Positions 1 to 13,358 are shown, counted from the first letter of the stretch. The stretch: 64,000 bases of DNA from Phoronis australis (GCA_002633005.1 NMRA01000435.1:186001-250000); one strand, 5' to 3'. The notes: generated by a model not told the origin, from the sequence alone. A program made the numbers and translations.

Positions 1-425
1 GAATTTTTTGTTCCATTGTGTACCATTCTCCTGGAGTGTAAACTTTAAGAAATTTCCACTGTTCCCATCCAGAATTACGCTGGATTAAACTTGTCAAGCA
101 CGCTTTTGTGTTGGTACACAATATTGTGGTTAAGCTGGTCAAAGCTTACAGTCACACAAAGGAATCAACAGGTAAAAGTTAAGTCTAATTTCTCTGAAAG
201 TTAATCCTTTTTCTCCATTTAAAGTTTTTTGGTGATAGTATTTCATACAAAACGCATCGGCTTCAAGACATTTGTTGAAAGTCGTTTGCAAATAGTATTT
301 TTAAATATTGCTGTTTACAACATATTGCTAGATTACGTGAGCATCAGATGAAAGCAGACAATAAGAGAGCTGGACTATATAAAACCCATTGGTTTACCAC
401 TGTCAAATTGATAATAACATGGCTA

Positions 426-457
426 TATCCCGACTGGCCGATCAGTCAGTCGGGATA
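426..457. repeat. Short inverted repeat (hairpin), probably the end of an intronic interspersed element
   Basis: tatcccgactg ... cagtcgggata: 11-bp perfect arms around a 10-nt loop. Confidence 0.5.
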
Positions 458-715
458 CTCATTCCAATGCACGGGTGCGTAACGTTCTTGTGACTTAACG
501 TTTAAAAACTGAGCAAAAGTTTCACACGGGTTCACATGTTCTAGTCATCTGTATTATGTGCTTCTATCCTGTTTATTTCTGAAGAGGTTCATTGTTTTCT
601 TGAAAAAGATTTCATCAGAGAGATTTTTTCTGTTGGGATTCATTTTGTAAGAACGTGTTAATGAAAGTAAGTGGTTAGAATCTAACAAAATCCCGTCCCT
701 TCATTTCTTACACAG

Positions 716-801
716 ACTTGGCCAAGGTACCAGAAGAATATCTACAAAAGGCTAATGTCAACTTGGTCGTGATTGGTTGTGCACCTGCAAAGTTTATAAA
801 G
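716..801 (+). CDS. PRXL2C: PRXL2C coding exon (first one in the window)
   Basis: ttcttacacag| acceptor, AAG|gtatg donor; encodes DLAKVPEEYLQKANVNLVVIGCAPAKFIK. Confidence 0.9.
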
Positions 802-3800
802 GTATGATTTTCCTGGTGTTATTTTTCCTTTTCTGGACACATTGTAGACACAAAGGTGTCTTTATGACTTTTTCAAATTGGAAAATTTTTTAATTGGATA
901 CTTACATTGGGCTCAAATGTCGCAGTTCGGCAGCTCACCAATTTAGGACTCGCAGTAATGGCAAATGAATGAAATATTGTTTCTCATTTTCTCATGAAAG
1001 ATATGTCACTCCAAAGTAATCCTTTCTCATGTTCAAGTTTTGTAACATAGCTGGCATAAGATAATCTTTTAAAAGAATGTGACCATGCACAACAATGTGA
1101 GAAGCGACTGAAAATAAAAAACGGCAATTTTTGGGCCATCATTTTTGTCCGAAATTGGTCAGGTTTTACCGTACATCTTGCTCTAATGAAATTTTTACCA
1201 CAAGAGTTCATTTTCCAATTGTCATTAATTTTTCAATTCAATCTGGAATTTTCTTAATATCTCACTTACGATAAGGTATGGTAAAATCTCTGCAATTTTG
1301 TGCAAAAATAATTTCCCAAGTGGCGCTCTTTTCAGTTCTTCAACATTTTCTGTCAATCTCACAATTTCTCAAAACATTGCCTGATGGTGGCAACTATAGT
1401 AGAGAACTTAGACATGGGAAAACATCAATTTATGAAAAATATGAGAACAAATTCTGTTTTCCCGCAGTCTGTCTGAAATTTATCAGATTTTAACATAAAC
1501 CTGGAACATTTGGGTTTGTGCTGGAGCATTCTTTGTTTCACTGTTGGCAACAACTTAGCTGTGTTGGAAGTGGCAATAAGATGCAAGTTTTCATTGGTTA
1601 GACGGTGCCTTTTCTCATTGAAGTCTGTCACTGCATAATCCCTGTTATGGTACAATTCTGCAGTTTAACCCATAATATGGTGGACAATTCAGATTATTTG
1701 TGCATTTTCTCAGCAAAAATAATTTGTCAAAACATTTTACTTTGCATTTAGTTTGTGCTGTACACCTGTCACCAAACAACATATAGAAAAAAAGTTGAAA
1801 AGAGTAATTTTAATTACTATTGTTTGTTCATTTCAGGAATTCGTGGGTTTAACTGGTTTGAAATGTACAGTTTATTGTGACCCAGAGAGGAAAGTTTACA
1901 AGGCGCTTGAATTTGCGGATACTCAAAAACCAGGTCTCAAAAAGACAAGTATGTATAATGAGTCCTCCTTTGTGTGTTTTTTATGAATCGTGGCAAATGT
2001 TCTTCAGTTGAGGACACACTATGGTTCAAATTTGGAAATTCATGTTTTCAAATTTGGCAATGAAATAACTAGGAAAAAGTCTTCCTTCAGTGTTAGCATA
2101 GTTTGGACTATGAAGCTATTCACAAACAGCATTTCATAAAATTTCGGAAGTTCCAGGAAAATTTGAAAATATGACAGACTTAGTACAGGTAAAAATTCAA
2201 TCTAAACCCATTTAACTTTGTCAACTGTTGTGCAAGTTTCAATTCCCACATTCCTTGCCAACACAATACAGACACATCAGGGTGGGCTGCCAGTGGTCAA
2301 CAGGCACATATAGTTTTATGAAGTAATGAGATGTCATAAAGGGTTACACAGGTGACCAAGCAGCCCAAGCAGCTGGACTGAATTCAATGGGCTATTGTGT
2401 TTGCATTAGTGAACTCCAACCTTCCCATGAATGTCATCCTAGGTCAATATATCCTTGTGCTGGGTTCATTATGAATTGGAAAACGCCAATTTTATTGATT
2501 CTTATTTTTGTCCAAAACTGAAAATTTTGATGTGACATGATTATGTTTCCTGTTCTCAGTTGTGTTTTTTGACAGAACACAGTCGTTACAAAAGACTAAA
2601 ACTTTACACTATTGTTCTCGTCCCAGTTAGTGCCCTCCTCCTAATTTTCAGCAATTTCACTCTGTTGTATATGGTTTAATGCCTAACACAGACTCTTCCT
2701 GAATTGAACTCTCCTCTGTCATGGAGGTAGAAAAAGGATTGCATGACTGACATATTTTTCAAACTGTCAGGCACGCCTCATTTCATAAATAGGTGAAGAA
2801 CAATACATCATGCATCCAACGCTAACATTTGCCTTTTGTCAATTTCTTGGTATCAGCAATGCGACTCAAAATGCAATGATACCAGATAGTGACTTGTCCA
2901 TTTGCATTTGAAGAATCAGGACAAGTGCTTACCATGTGTTGCATTGTGGGTAAATACCTTAGAATGGAAGTGGTGCTGTGCTGTTCCACGATGGATCTAT
3001 TCAAACAACCTGAGTATTACATAGACAAGTGTGCTATAATCCTTCTCATACTTATTCTTATTCAGCCTTCTGAAGGGAACCTGAAATCTTTATAAAATAA
3101 GTGTACGATACATGCAGCGATGTCAATAGTAGGATTCACACAAGCATTTTTAAAATGTTTTTACTAGAATGTTTTAAGTTATTAAGCATTTCAAATTTGT
3201 CTTGTGAAAGCAAGCCTTTTAAAATATATAAAAAATAATTGGAGGCGGTCTGGTACACGTTGTACCAGACGTGCGCAGGCTGCGCATGTGGGCCCATTGC
3301 TCTGACGGCCTGGAAATATTTTTGTGCTTTATTAATATATAGTTAAAACCGAGCTCAGGAGCTAAAAACCTGGCTCAAGGGTTTAGCAGTCGCACAGTGG
3401 GACTCGAACTCACGACCTCGAGTAAAGAAGGCAGGCATCATCACACTAGGCCACACTGCCTCCTCAAAGCGAGCCTTTTAGCTTTAGTTAGATTTTTTAT
3501 CACATTGTTGTTTGAAAGCAACGAATTGTGTGAAAGCAAAGCATTTAAGTTGGAATATTTTAACATGTCACTCACCCTGATTACCTTTTTTCCATTTAGA
3601 AAAGAAAGTGATCGTGTACATGTGCCCACCATTGTCGCATCCCGCAAATACATGAGGCTAATAGCATTTTATGTGACAATCGGTGTCTGTCGTTCAACCT
3701 CAATTATCATGTTTTAGGGATATGAAGTTTGTCGTGTGAACGGTAAAAAGTTTTCAACCTATAACATTTTAGCTAGACCATTATAGCTAAAAACTTTAAG

Positions 3801-4894
3801 TGTAATACTATACTCACGTGAATCTGATTAATGATATTCTTGTAATTAATCTGCAGTGTTTTTGCAGGTGATAGCCATCATGTGAAGTCGTGGTACATAA
3901 CAGGCTTACTTAAGAGTACGTGGAGAGCCATGTGGACGCAGGAATGGCAGGGGGACGTGTTCCAGCAAGGGGGGTCACTTGTGGTCGGTCCAGGTATGGT
4001 CATGTCTGACCCGGCAATTACTTTGATCAAGCATTCAAGAAGTTTTGCACCAAAATAAGTTGCTTAGATATTCAGATTACCTTTCTGGTTGTTCTTCAAG
4101 GCTGCCATAAACCTGCCTTCCATCACAAAAGACAACTTTTAATTTAGTCTGCCTACGATTATGCACGAACTTGGTTTCAAATGCTTCTTCGGAAGAAGGA
4201 ACTTCCATTAATTGCTCGAGACAAGTCGCTTCAAATTTTCTTCTCATGTCGTTTCATTTTATCTGCCAAGCTTGATCTCAAGGCCAAGAAATTGTCAGTT
4301 CTTTGCCCACCGATAAATCAGTTTCTTTCTGTCTAACGTTGAGACCCATTTTATAGGGGCAAGGGGTGCAAGTCAAAAGCATTCTTTGTGGATGCACCAT
4401 TAGTCATAATATTGATAATTATGCTTATCACACTTAGTATTTGGTTTGTGTTCAATATGTAGTCATTCAAGGTGCTACCAGAAATTTCTGCAGAATGTCC
4501 CCTCGTAGGCCTATATTGAAAAGGGTTTCTGAACACTGGCCCAAGGACATACATTTCAACCAATGGCTGTTGTATTTTTTGTGATTTGAAGGGTCTGATA
4601 CATTTATAGGTCCTCTTTTCTAAAAGAACTAAAGAAAAGCTAAGAGTGGCTCCAAGTGGGAGTGCACAGAATTTCACAAAATTTACAAATAATTAGTAAC
4701 TATCCATTACTTTATTAAGTTCTTTGTCTTGATGCTTCGTCGTACTATCGTATATTTACTTTGTAGGTAACATCTTACATTTCTGCCATCCGGATGCCAA
4801 CGACGTTGATCACATGTCCATAAACGAATTGTTGCGTATCGCAGGCGTGGAGCAAGTCAACTTTAAGTTGGACCAACCTGTACTACACGTGTGA
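716..4894 (+). CDS. PRXL2C: Peroxiredoxin-like 2C (AAED1/C9orf21, SelU family, AhpC/TSA-2 fold); 3' part, 4 exons; 5' exons lie upstream of the window
   Basis: Exons 716-801, 1837-1948, 3868-3993 and 4767-4894 have GT-AG sites and consistent phases. They splice to DLAKVPEEYLQKANVNLVVIGCAPAKFIK-EFVGLTGLKCTVYCDPERKVYKALEF...-SDSHHVKSWYITGLLKSTWRAM...WQGDVFQQGGSLVVGPG-NILHFCHPDANDVDHMSINELLRIAGVEQVNFKLDQPVLHV*. This is collinear with vertebrate PRXL2C as recalled (DLAKIP..LQEANV.LIVIG, YVDPEREIYK, QGDPAQQGG..ILGPG, terminal VIHV). Confidence 0.93.
1837..1948 (+). CDS. PRXL2C: PRXL2C coding exon
   Basis: tttcag| acceptor, A|gtatgt donor; encodes EFVGLTGLKCTVYCDPERKVYKALEFADTQKPGLKKT. Confidence 0.9.
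3391..3460 (-). mobile_element. tRNA-derived SINE head / tRNA pseudogene in a PRXL2C intron
   Basis: The minus strand reads GGCAGTGTGGCCTAGTGTG...GGTCGTGAGTTCGAGTCCCACTGTGCG. It has an A-box-like TGGCCTAGTG and a B-box GTTCGAGTCC. The D and anticodon arms are degenerate, so it is not an intact tRNA. Confidence 0.65.
3868..3993 (+). CDS. PRXL2C: PRXL2C coding exon
   Basis: tttgcag| acceptor, CAG|gtatg donor; contains QGDVFQQGGSLVVGPG. Confidence 0.9.
4767..4894 (+). CDS. PRXL2C: PRXL2C terminal coding exon
   Basis: ttgtag| acceptor; encodes GNILHFCH...QPVLHV, then TGA at 4892-4894. Confidence 0.9.
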
Positions 4895-6154
4895 TAGGAG
4901 AAGTTTTTTGTCATTTCATCATTTCTGTGTCCTTGTGCAATTAGCTGCGATGAACATCATGCACCATTTTGTAAATTTGAGCATCATTGATATTAATATT
5001 TGTCTGTATATTAGAGTCTCATAATCAAAAGTCCCATTGCTCAGACTACTAGCACCATCTAGTGTTGGTTCATAGAACCAGACTGTTTCCATTCAGCTGA
5101 CAATCATATTGCTTTTGCCATATGAAATTGTGAGCTTTTGTACAAAGCTAAGGAGTTCAACCTTCAGTGGAAGGATTTGTCATTTTTCCAATTTTAGAAA
5201 TTGTTTCCAATTTGAGAATGATGTGAAATGGAATTGGTGTTGTGATGTTAGAATGGTAAGGAGTCAAATGGGAAACTATGTGCAACTCTTTAGAGTTGGA
5301 AGATCACAAAAGTGTTTTCACTTGACCCAATTTTCAATTCTGTTGTACAGGGGTTGACAGGGACGAAATGTAATTTCTTTCATTCACGGACATTTTAAGA
5401 TGATCGGCATTTTTGTGCGTTTCATTTGAATATGCCACCGCACAACAGTGGGGGTTTGATGGTATGATGGTTGCAAAGATAAGAAAAATCACTGGAAAAT
5501 ATCCCTCTCCATTAAATTCATACAAGAACGCAGAACAATGTCCATCAGCTACACTAATGCCATCTAGCGACGAGATGCAGTTCATCATATCGCCGCTATA
5601 TCCAAAAATGGCTTTTTTGTCTACAGTTAGTGTTATTGATATCGAAAATTGCCAAAACGGGGTGCATTGGAACTTATAATCAGTGGTATAGAGTGTTGTT
5701 TTGATAATGGAAAGAGGTTACTTTCAATAGAATTGGTTGTGGTAAATTTTGAGCATGACTGCTTGTCAAATTGAAATTGACTTTGAGAGGACGTCGCTAT
5801 AATACGGGTACAAGGTCATCGGTGACTAACAGATTGGTGACGGTGGAGTTACCAACGATGTTGGTTGTTTTGTAGTATTCAGCTAAATAGTTTATTTTAA
5901 ATTTAGGAGTATTTAGAATTTTCTCATACCCTGTTTACACTGAAGGTCGCCCCTGTTTGCTACATCTCCCCATTTTCATTCCAAAGTCTGATTTGATTTA
6001 GACACTGCGCCGTCCGGTCTGCTGGATTGGTACCCTGTACATTCACCATTCTCACTTCTGTTAAAAATTGTGGAAAATTGGATTGTTTTCACGACATTTG
6101 CTCTTTGGGCTGAATGATGCTGATTAAAGTGAAAAGTCAAATCTCGAATAAAAG

Positions 6155-6200
6155 TGTAGCGAAATCTGGAACAAAGGTGTAGCGAAATCTGGAACAAAGG
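6155..6200. repeat. 23-bp tandem duplication
   Basis: gtgtagcgaaatctggaacaaag occurs twice. Confidence 0.8.
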
Positions 6201-7338
6201 TACTGACAGGAACCTAGATGTGCACGTGCTCTAGTGTTGGTCACGTTTTCTGTCTGAATCAAATTGATTCGAGTGTATGTTCGCCCTTCACTAGGTAGGA
6301 GCCTTTTAAGTTACGTATGTCTCATGAATGGGTTCAGGTGGTATTGATATAAATTCTTGAAAATACACCTTCAATATGCTTCCTATCTTTCTCTGAAACA
6401 CACACACTGAGTTTGAATCAATTTAAAGTATTCATTGGCAAAGGGTATCATACTGTTTGGGATCGAAATGATTAATTTGCCAAATAATTTCAATCTTATT
6501 TGACTTGAAAATTTACCAATCATCATTTTGCCCCCAGAGATATGGGGAGACTACCCTCGGCTCCTCAATTCCGCCATCTGATTTTCCAGAAGTTTCAAAT
6601 CTATATATTGTTCACTGCTATGTTTTTGGTAATTTATAGGTACCATGTGTCATTTTACCTCTGTCACCCATCGTATGTTCATACCAAATGCTTCTGATAT
6701 TTGTGCAGTGTTTTTCCCTGTAGGGGGCAGCAGTGACCCATGATTTTTATGTTTATTGCAGTGAATGATAAGCCTATTTCTGTGTGGTAACTTGTTGATT
6801 ATTATCATTATCTTGTAATTTTTGTGGTTTTTACTGTTTGATATTTAAATCTCTAGTGTTGGCTAGTTCTAGGATATCATAAATTAATCATTATCTCTGA
6901 GAAATGCTCAGACTTTTTAATTCTTGTAATTGTACTTAGTTGAATCTCCGTCACTTCTCATCAAAGCAAACAAATTATTTACTATTTGTAATTCAGCTGT
7001 TATGCTTCTAAACCATTGTTGAGATGATGATGTACTCATCTGATTATGTATGCTAAGTTTTAATGTAAATACAATCATTTTAATTTGATTGATTTATCAT
7101 AATTAAGATTTGATGTTTCTGGTAGTAGTAGTAGTTGTGATACTCTTATCTGAAAGGTCGGCTGGAAGGTTGTCCCAATAATGTTATTTTCATTTCTTGA
7201 AATTATAATAGATAGATTACTAGCTATGAATATGAGCTTGAATTTGTATAGTATTTCTCTGTTGAAGGCTATTTGAAAATGTCCATATTTTGTTCTTACT
7301 TAGTGGAAATTTTCTATTTCTGAAAGACAAGGCTGAGG

Positions 7339-7344
7339 AATAAA
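7339..7344 (+). promoter_or_regulatory. Candidate polyadenylation signal of PRXL2C (implies a ~2.4-kb 3' UTR)
   Basis: AATAAA followed by a GT/T-rich element (gatgtgtttgctttct). The sequence becomes CpG-richer just downstream. An alternative AATAAA lies at 6147. Confidence 0.5.
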
Positions 7345-10138
7345 AGTTAATTTATACTGCGATGTGTTTGCTTTCTGCTGAACCTTGTAAGATGGTTTTC
7401 GCTGCAATCAGTTAATAATTTACTCAAAGCCTTCTTCGTGGCTGGTCAATTTATGTGTAAAGTTTAGGGGGCCAACGGCACAGCCCTGAGTCACGATAGA
7501 CATCATCCGGCTTGTTTGACTAAACTATTGCAGGAGCATGCGCAAAGCAACGTGTTCTCGTCTCATTTGTGAAGACAGGTTGGCTGGCTTGTTTGGCTTA
7601 ACAACACAGGATAATCAGTTATTACATATCCAAAGAAAACGAATAATGAATTGTATGTTTTTATTTAAATCTTTCTATAACAAAATTAGTTAAAGAAAAT
7701 GCCATGGGTTGGTAATTTTTTCTCAAAAAGTGTTAGGCGTCTTAATTAATGTACACAACGTTTAAAATCGTATATGGGCCTTGACCTCTAAGTTCTGAGT
7801 TCTTCATTTTCACTTAAAGAACTCAAAACTGATTCATCTGTATTTTCTTTGAGCACACGTGTACCAGAATTAATTTTTCATTTTTGTCCAAATTCTCAGG
7901 CGATATAACTACGAAATCACTCTGAAGACCGATGGGAATTTATAGGGAAAACATTGTTCTATTCGTGGTCGGTGGCCAATTTTGTCGCTAAGCAGATGCT
8001 GGTAGGCTCGATCAATGTTGATATTTTGCCAAACAGTTTTAGGTCTCACGTAGACGTTGTACCACTTTCACGAAGACTGGCTTCACATATGAGAACTTCC
8101 GGTCTTTAAACACCTCTAATATTTTTTCACAGTTCAGAATGAAAAGAACTGTTTGGCATCCGTTGAGAATTTTGGAATGATTTTCCGAAGAAATCTGCAA
8201 TGCAATTTAGTCCAGTCATTTCCCGAAATTTTGTAACGTATCCGACTATATATATAATTTCCACTGAAGTCATTCACTGGCACAATGATACAGAATCAGA
8301 ACTTGATAAATGAAAAATTTCCTTAGATTATGTAGAATATATATATACGTATATGTGTGCATGTATGTATACATTTCGTCAAACAATAGTATCTTTCAGA
8401 GGATTTGGATCACCTCATTTAGTTTCAGATTTATTTTCTTCGTTATTGTGCATATGTTAACCCAAACGTGTCTTTAGTAAAAGGTCATTAACCCTCATCG
8501 CTTATCCTTGTTACCAATTAATGTCGTCTTAGCAAAGTATTTCTTTACAAATCTTCTGTAATCTTTAAAAGTTTGATTCAAATTCAACAATTCCTTACGA
8601 AATTTGCTAAACGGGACAGCGTCGCTTACGTTTCGAGCGTGTTGATGGGTGATTGTATAGCGCCGGGGGAAAGGCCGCGCGTCTTGAACCAAGGCATTGG
8701 GAACAACAGCGGACCAGCCAACAATGCTTACATCTTTACATGGAAGTTCTAACAATGCAACAGTAGGCGACGGAAGCAGATTTGGTTAAATCGCCCTAAT
8801 ATTAATTGATTTCTGACAATTGCGACTCGTTACAACGCTGTGTAGATGTACATGTTACAGGATCGTCGGTCCTTGGTAATTGTCTCAACCATCAAAGAGG
8901 AAATTTGTTTAGAAAATATCATTAAGCACGATCGAATAGCTTTCAATACGAACGTGTTTGTTTTATAACAACAGGTTTTAGAAAGAATTCCTTACGTCTG
9001 CGTTTGTAATAATACGTGATCCAAGAGGAAATACATAGTTTTGCTTTTTTCAAAAGCAGTAACACTCGACTGTGCTACACGGGGGTCGTTTTATTCATTC
9101 CGTCATTGAAGTCAAAATCTGTTAACTGACGTTTAATGAATTCTAGAGAACAGTGGGCTCTCCTATTTGCACAGCCAGCAATAGACATAGTTACTTGAGA
9201 GGCGCTGATTCATCATTATTTCAATTTGTTCAGCTTATGTCTAAAATTCGATATTTGCCCGGCCGTTTCTCAACGTTTTTTTAGTATTTTATTGAAAAAG
9301 AAAAGTGAATAAAATAAAGTATTTTTCTCGCAATGTTATTGAATTAAAGAAATAACTAGTCATGTAATATGTTGCATAGAATGATCTCACAATTCTGAAT
9401 ACAGAAGGTATGCTTGGCCGCTGTCAAAGTCATTGGCATACAGTTCTCCCCCGAGTACTGACGGCCCGTCGCAATTCTTTCTCCCACGCTCGAACTAGGA
9501 CTTATATATGTTTTTACAACAGTAAGAGTTGTAGCAAACCAGTGTGGCAAATGACTGTTGAATTCCACTGTGTGTGAACCGAAAGACTTCCCATGAGGCT
9601 GAACAGTTTCGTAGTTTGCTCAAGGGACGGCTTTTCACGTGGCATGTGAATATTTCCTCGGACAAGTTACAAGTGCACACGCACCTAATTCGATTTCTGT
9701 TACTGAATATCGGTGTCACGGTGTTACGGCCATTCAGTTCGAATTGAATCCCACCACTGGCAGCAGCTTCGTGAAGCGATTGTCAAAGAGCCGGCCAAAG
9801 TATGCGAAATAGACTCAAGTGTGCAATTATAATAGGATGATCAGGATCGCGCGGCGTACCTAATCTTGGTTCCGAGGTTTAACCGTCAGGATTACATTGG
9901 TCGTTCCTATTGATTGGCTGGCCGTGATCAATAGCAGAGTTTGCTTACTCAAGATTAGAAGCGCTAGAAATTCATCAAGAGTTTGTAGTCGAGCAAATTA
10001 GTGGACGGACGTCATTGGTCAGTAGGATCAAAATCTTGTAACCTAGGTGATCTACGAACGTGATGAGAGACATTCTGCGTTTTGGTGGTAATATCAAGTA
10101 CGCATAGCGGGCTGATCATTTCCATTTAAGATTTTAAC

Positions 10139-11167
10139 ATGATGAGATTTGGCGTTATGAGTGTTAGCTCGGATTTTGGCGATAAGCTGTCGATGGACGT
10201 CAATGGATGCAAGCGACGCCGGGAAGACGTGCGAAGAGGTCTGGAAAATTATAAGCGCATTCAGGAAATGGCTGTGAAGTACTGGAATACTCCAGCGTCT
10301 CATAAGTCGTGTTTAAATATGAATGACAACTATAGAAAAAGTATTCACTTATCTCCACTTGTTGAAGTAAGAAAAAGAGGCACCTCTTTTCCGTGCAATG
10401 ACAATGCCATTGTTAAGCCGAAAGAACGCACGGTTCCACATCCATCTATAGAAAAGCTGGCAACATCGTTTCCACCGTTTAGGGATTCTCGAGGCCACCT
10501 AACGAGTGACCAGTATAAAACGGAAACTACAATGAAACTGGGCAATATAAGTCGTCGTCGTGAAATTTCTGGGAGTAACCAGACATCACGTGGAAGTGGA
10601 AACGGTGCTTTTCCGTTGCCGCGTTTGTCTGAGGAACTGATTGGGAAAAAATCTACTGTTCCTAACACACGAGGGAATTTTCGTAGTAGTAGAAGACATA
10701 GCTTAGTTTTAAAGAATTTTGGCTCAAATGACGGAAAAGTTAACGTTATAAACACTCTCGAAAAGCTTCCTTCTATTTCCACTTTCGTGGGATTTACGTC
10801 TCATGAAGACAATGCCAACAGACGAATTGAAAGAAAGGTAAGCTCGCGTTTATGTCGAGAAAACACACGAGCAATACTGAAACGGGTCGACATGCTTTTG
10901 AATAACGAGTCAGAAGAGATGCGATACTCGGAAACTTCTTCCGTGTTAGAAGCTTCTTTAGACTATTGTCCGAGAATGTCTCATTTAGACGAAGGCTCCG
11001 ATGTTGCTGCTGAGAATCAAGTGTTGGAGTCGAAACCAGTGCATCGAGGGATGTATTACCATGCTTTAGATCCCACTTCCAGTGGAACCGATGTATTCGA
11101 TGGAAAAACTCTTGATTGTGAAATGAAATGTACTCTGTGGTTAGAAACGTATGAACACTGTTTCTAG
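10139..11167 (+). CDS. Uncharacterised 342-aa Ser/Arg-rich, probably largely disordered protein (single coding exon)
   Basis: A 1029-nt ATG-to-TAG ORF, much longer than background ORFs in this AT-rich DNA. There is an in-frame stop and a possible acceptor (ttccatttaag) just upstream. The C-terminus ends KCTLWLETYEHCF. No family confidently recognised. Confidence 0.75.
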   Translation: MMRFGVMSVSSDFGDKLSMDVNGCKRRREDVRRGLENYKRIQEMAVKYWNTPASHKSCLNMNDNYRKSIHLSPLVEVRKRGTSFPCNDNAIVKPKERTVPHPSIEKLATSFPPFRDSRGHLTSDQYKTETTMKLGNISRRREISGSNQTSRGSGNGAFPLPRLSEELIGKKSTVPNTRGNFRSSRRHSLVLKNFGSNDGKVNVINTLEKLPSISTFVGFTSHEDNANRRIERKVSSRLCRENTRAILKRVDMLLNNESEEMRYSETSSVLEASLDYCPRMSHLDEGSDVAAENQVLESKPVHRGMYYHALDPTSSGTDVFDGKTLDCEMKCTLWLETYEHCF

Positions 11168-11589
11168 AAGGTTGCTAGGAAGCAATTCTTCAATTTATTG
11201 TTGATTTTGGAATTTAAGTTTGTAATTGTTGCTATGTAATTATCACCGACGTCTTTCAAAATAGTTTTACTGTTGAAAACTTCAGAAAACCAATTTTTAT
11301 TTCACAAGAGTTGAATATATTTTACAGTTTATCCAGAATCACCTCAGAATCTCGGAGCTTAGACGAAATCGTAAACCGCGCGTTGTGGCAACAGTACTCG
11401 GTTACATTACGGTCTTAAGCGCATATAGCAACATATTTTAACCAAAATAACTAGAGTTATTGAAAATCTAAACCGCAATAATTGAAATTGGAATCAGGTT
11501 TCTGTTTAGTTTCAAAAAAGTAACATTCGCCTTTTATCATTTCCAGACAACGCAAAGTAAATGAACGAGTCGATTCCAAAATAGCTTGC

Positions 11590-11844
11590 TACGGTAATTC
11601 CTCATTTATTTCGCACAAAAAATATTTGCCAAAGTTGTCATCTTTCCATTTTTAAAAGGCCGATTACTTTAGTACAAGTGATGAAAAACTTTACCAAATG
11701 TTGTTTTATTGCGTCTACACACTACAAACCGTGCCAGCAGTAAGCAACTTTTTAAATATTTACTTTTGCGGTGAAATTTCACATAACTGAATTTCACTTG
11801 TCGACCATATTGTGTGCTAAATAAGCGGGGAGGAGAGATTACGA
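11590..11844. mobile_element. MITE family B copy (Tc1/mariner-like TA ends)
   Basis: Ends tacggtaattcctcatttatttcgcaca and tgtgctaaataagcgg...gattacg form imperfect TIRs. The internal sequence is shared with 44816-45070 and 62263-62493. Confidence 0.6.
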
Positions 11845-13270
11845 ACAAGACTTTAGTTACCCGGACTTCGTGCACTTAAATATGTGGGCAAAATAAGTAA
11901 GTTTTAATTAAAATCACATAGAACGTGGCTCCTATTGGTGCATAATGATGCTACTACTGCATTTCAGTCCTCGCGGCAGCGGTACTTGAACAGAATATAC
12001 AACCCCATTCTATGAATATGAAAATTGATTTTCTTAATTTTCGTCTTGCAATAACGATACTAATGCACCAGCTATTGAGCAAGAATTGACATAGCTAAAC
12101 AAAAGGTTAACGCAAATTGACACACATCTGTTAATCAATCCAAACGCGGCGTATACGTGTAACGTTTAACAACGTATTCAGATGGTCGATTTTTTACCAG
12201 ACTATCAAAGGGAAATCTGTACCAATGTAATTACACAGATCAAACGATACAAATTAGGAACGCCGACCTTGATAGATAGGCCACGAACGTTTCAAAACTT
12301 GAAGCCAACAGGGTTCTCATATATCTGTGCAAATAATCTTTAGCTGAAGGTAGATTTTTCAATCCATTACAAACATTTATTTTTAAGTAATCTGCAAAGT
12401 AGCGGGATGCAACTTCAGGATATAGAATGCCGTGTTTAATGTTTCAGGTATATCGTATTAATTGATTAAAATTCTTAAAGTCAGTGGCCGTCTTTCGGGC
12501 AACGGGTTGTACAAGTGTTTACTTTGAGAAGGCGCCATCATTGTAAACCGTGAATTACTAAAACCAATTATGAAAGCACGGTTTAACTTGTCAATTTCTG
12601 GTGATTAATTTAGAAATGACTAGCGAATGACAAGAAAATCTTCTCAAGAGGGTTAAATGAGATTAACTCAATCAAGTAGTTTCCTTGGACATAAAATCAC
12701 GCGAAGTTGTTTTTGTAAACACGCCTGCTGCTCGGTTTTCCTCCTCCTGTCCTCAATCCTCGCACATACGTAGGTTGGAAAAGGAAACATTTTATTTTTC
12801 CACTTTTATTGTCAAAGAATGACCATTTTTGTAGCATTTTTTTGTTTTTAAAATCAAAATAAATTCATTCTTTTGTCAGATCACTAATCAAATGTTTTGA
12901 GTTGCGCAGATGTTTTACGGTCGGTTTCGCGGGGGAAACTAAGCTAATTTAACTTAGGCTTTGGCTACATCCAACGGTAAAGAAGGAAACCGGAGAAAAT
13001 GTGGCTGGATTAAATTTACATTTTTATAGTAATACCACTAACTGAACAGCTTGCTGACACTAACTCTAAGTTAAACGAAATCAAACAAAGGTCTCAGGTT
13101 CACGAATCCCCATAGAGTAGTTTTTCTTCTTTCATAAAAACAAGAACAAACTTTTGTTGGTTAAAGCTGCAATTTCGCCCAGTTTTGACTAAAAGACGAA
13201 AGACAAACCATGTTTTTCCTCTCGTATTCCTTAACGTGATAGACTTCTATTTCCCTGACCAACTCGAGTC

Positions 13271-13358
13271 ACGGTAATACGTACCTACGGTAATGTGTGC
13301 CTACGGTAATGCGTGCCTACGGCAATGTGTGCCTACAGTAATAGGTGCCTACGGTAAT
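13271..13358. repeat. 16-bp minisatellite, about 5.5 copies
   Basis: Unit acggtaatgtgtgcct with small variants. Confidence 0.85.

Noticed and set aside
3391-3460. Intact tRNA gene
   Set aside because: A and B boxes are present, but the D arm and anticodon arm do not fold canonically. It is better explained as a SINE head.
7221-7272. SECIS-like ATGAA...AA...TGAA stem in the PRXL2C 3' UTR
   Set aside because: Helix II pairing is too weak to call a SECIS by eye.
10345-10782. 145-aa minus-strand ORF
   Set aside because: Antisense shadow of the 342-aa ORF, with no recognisable features.
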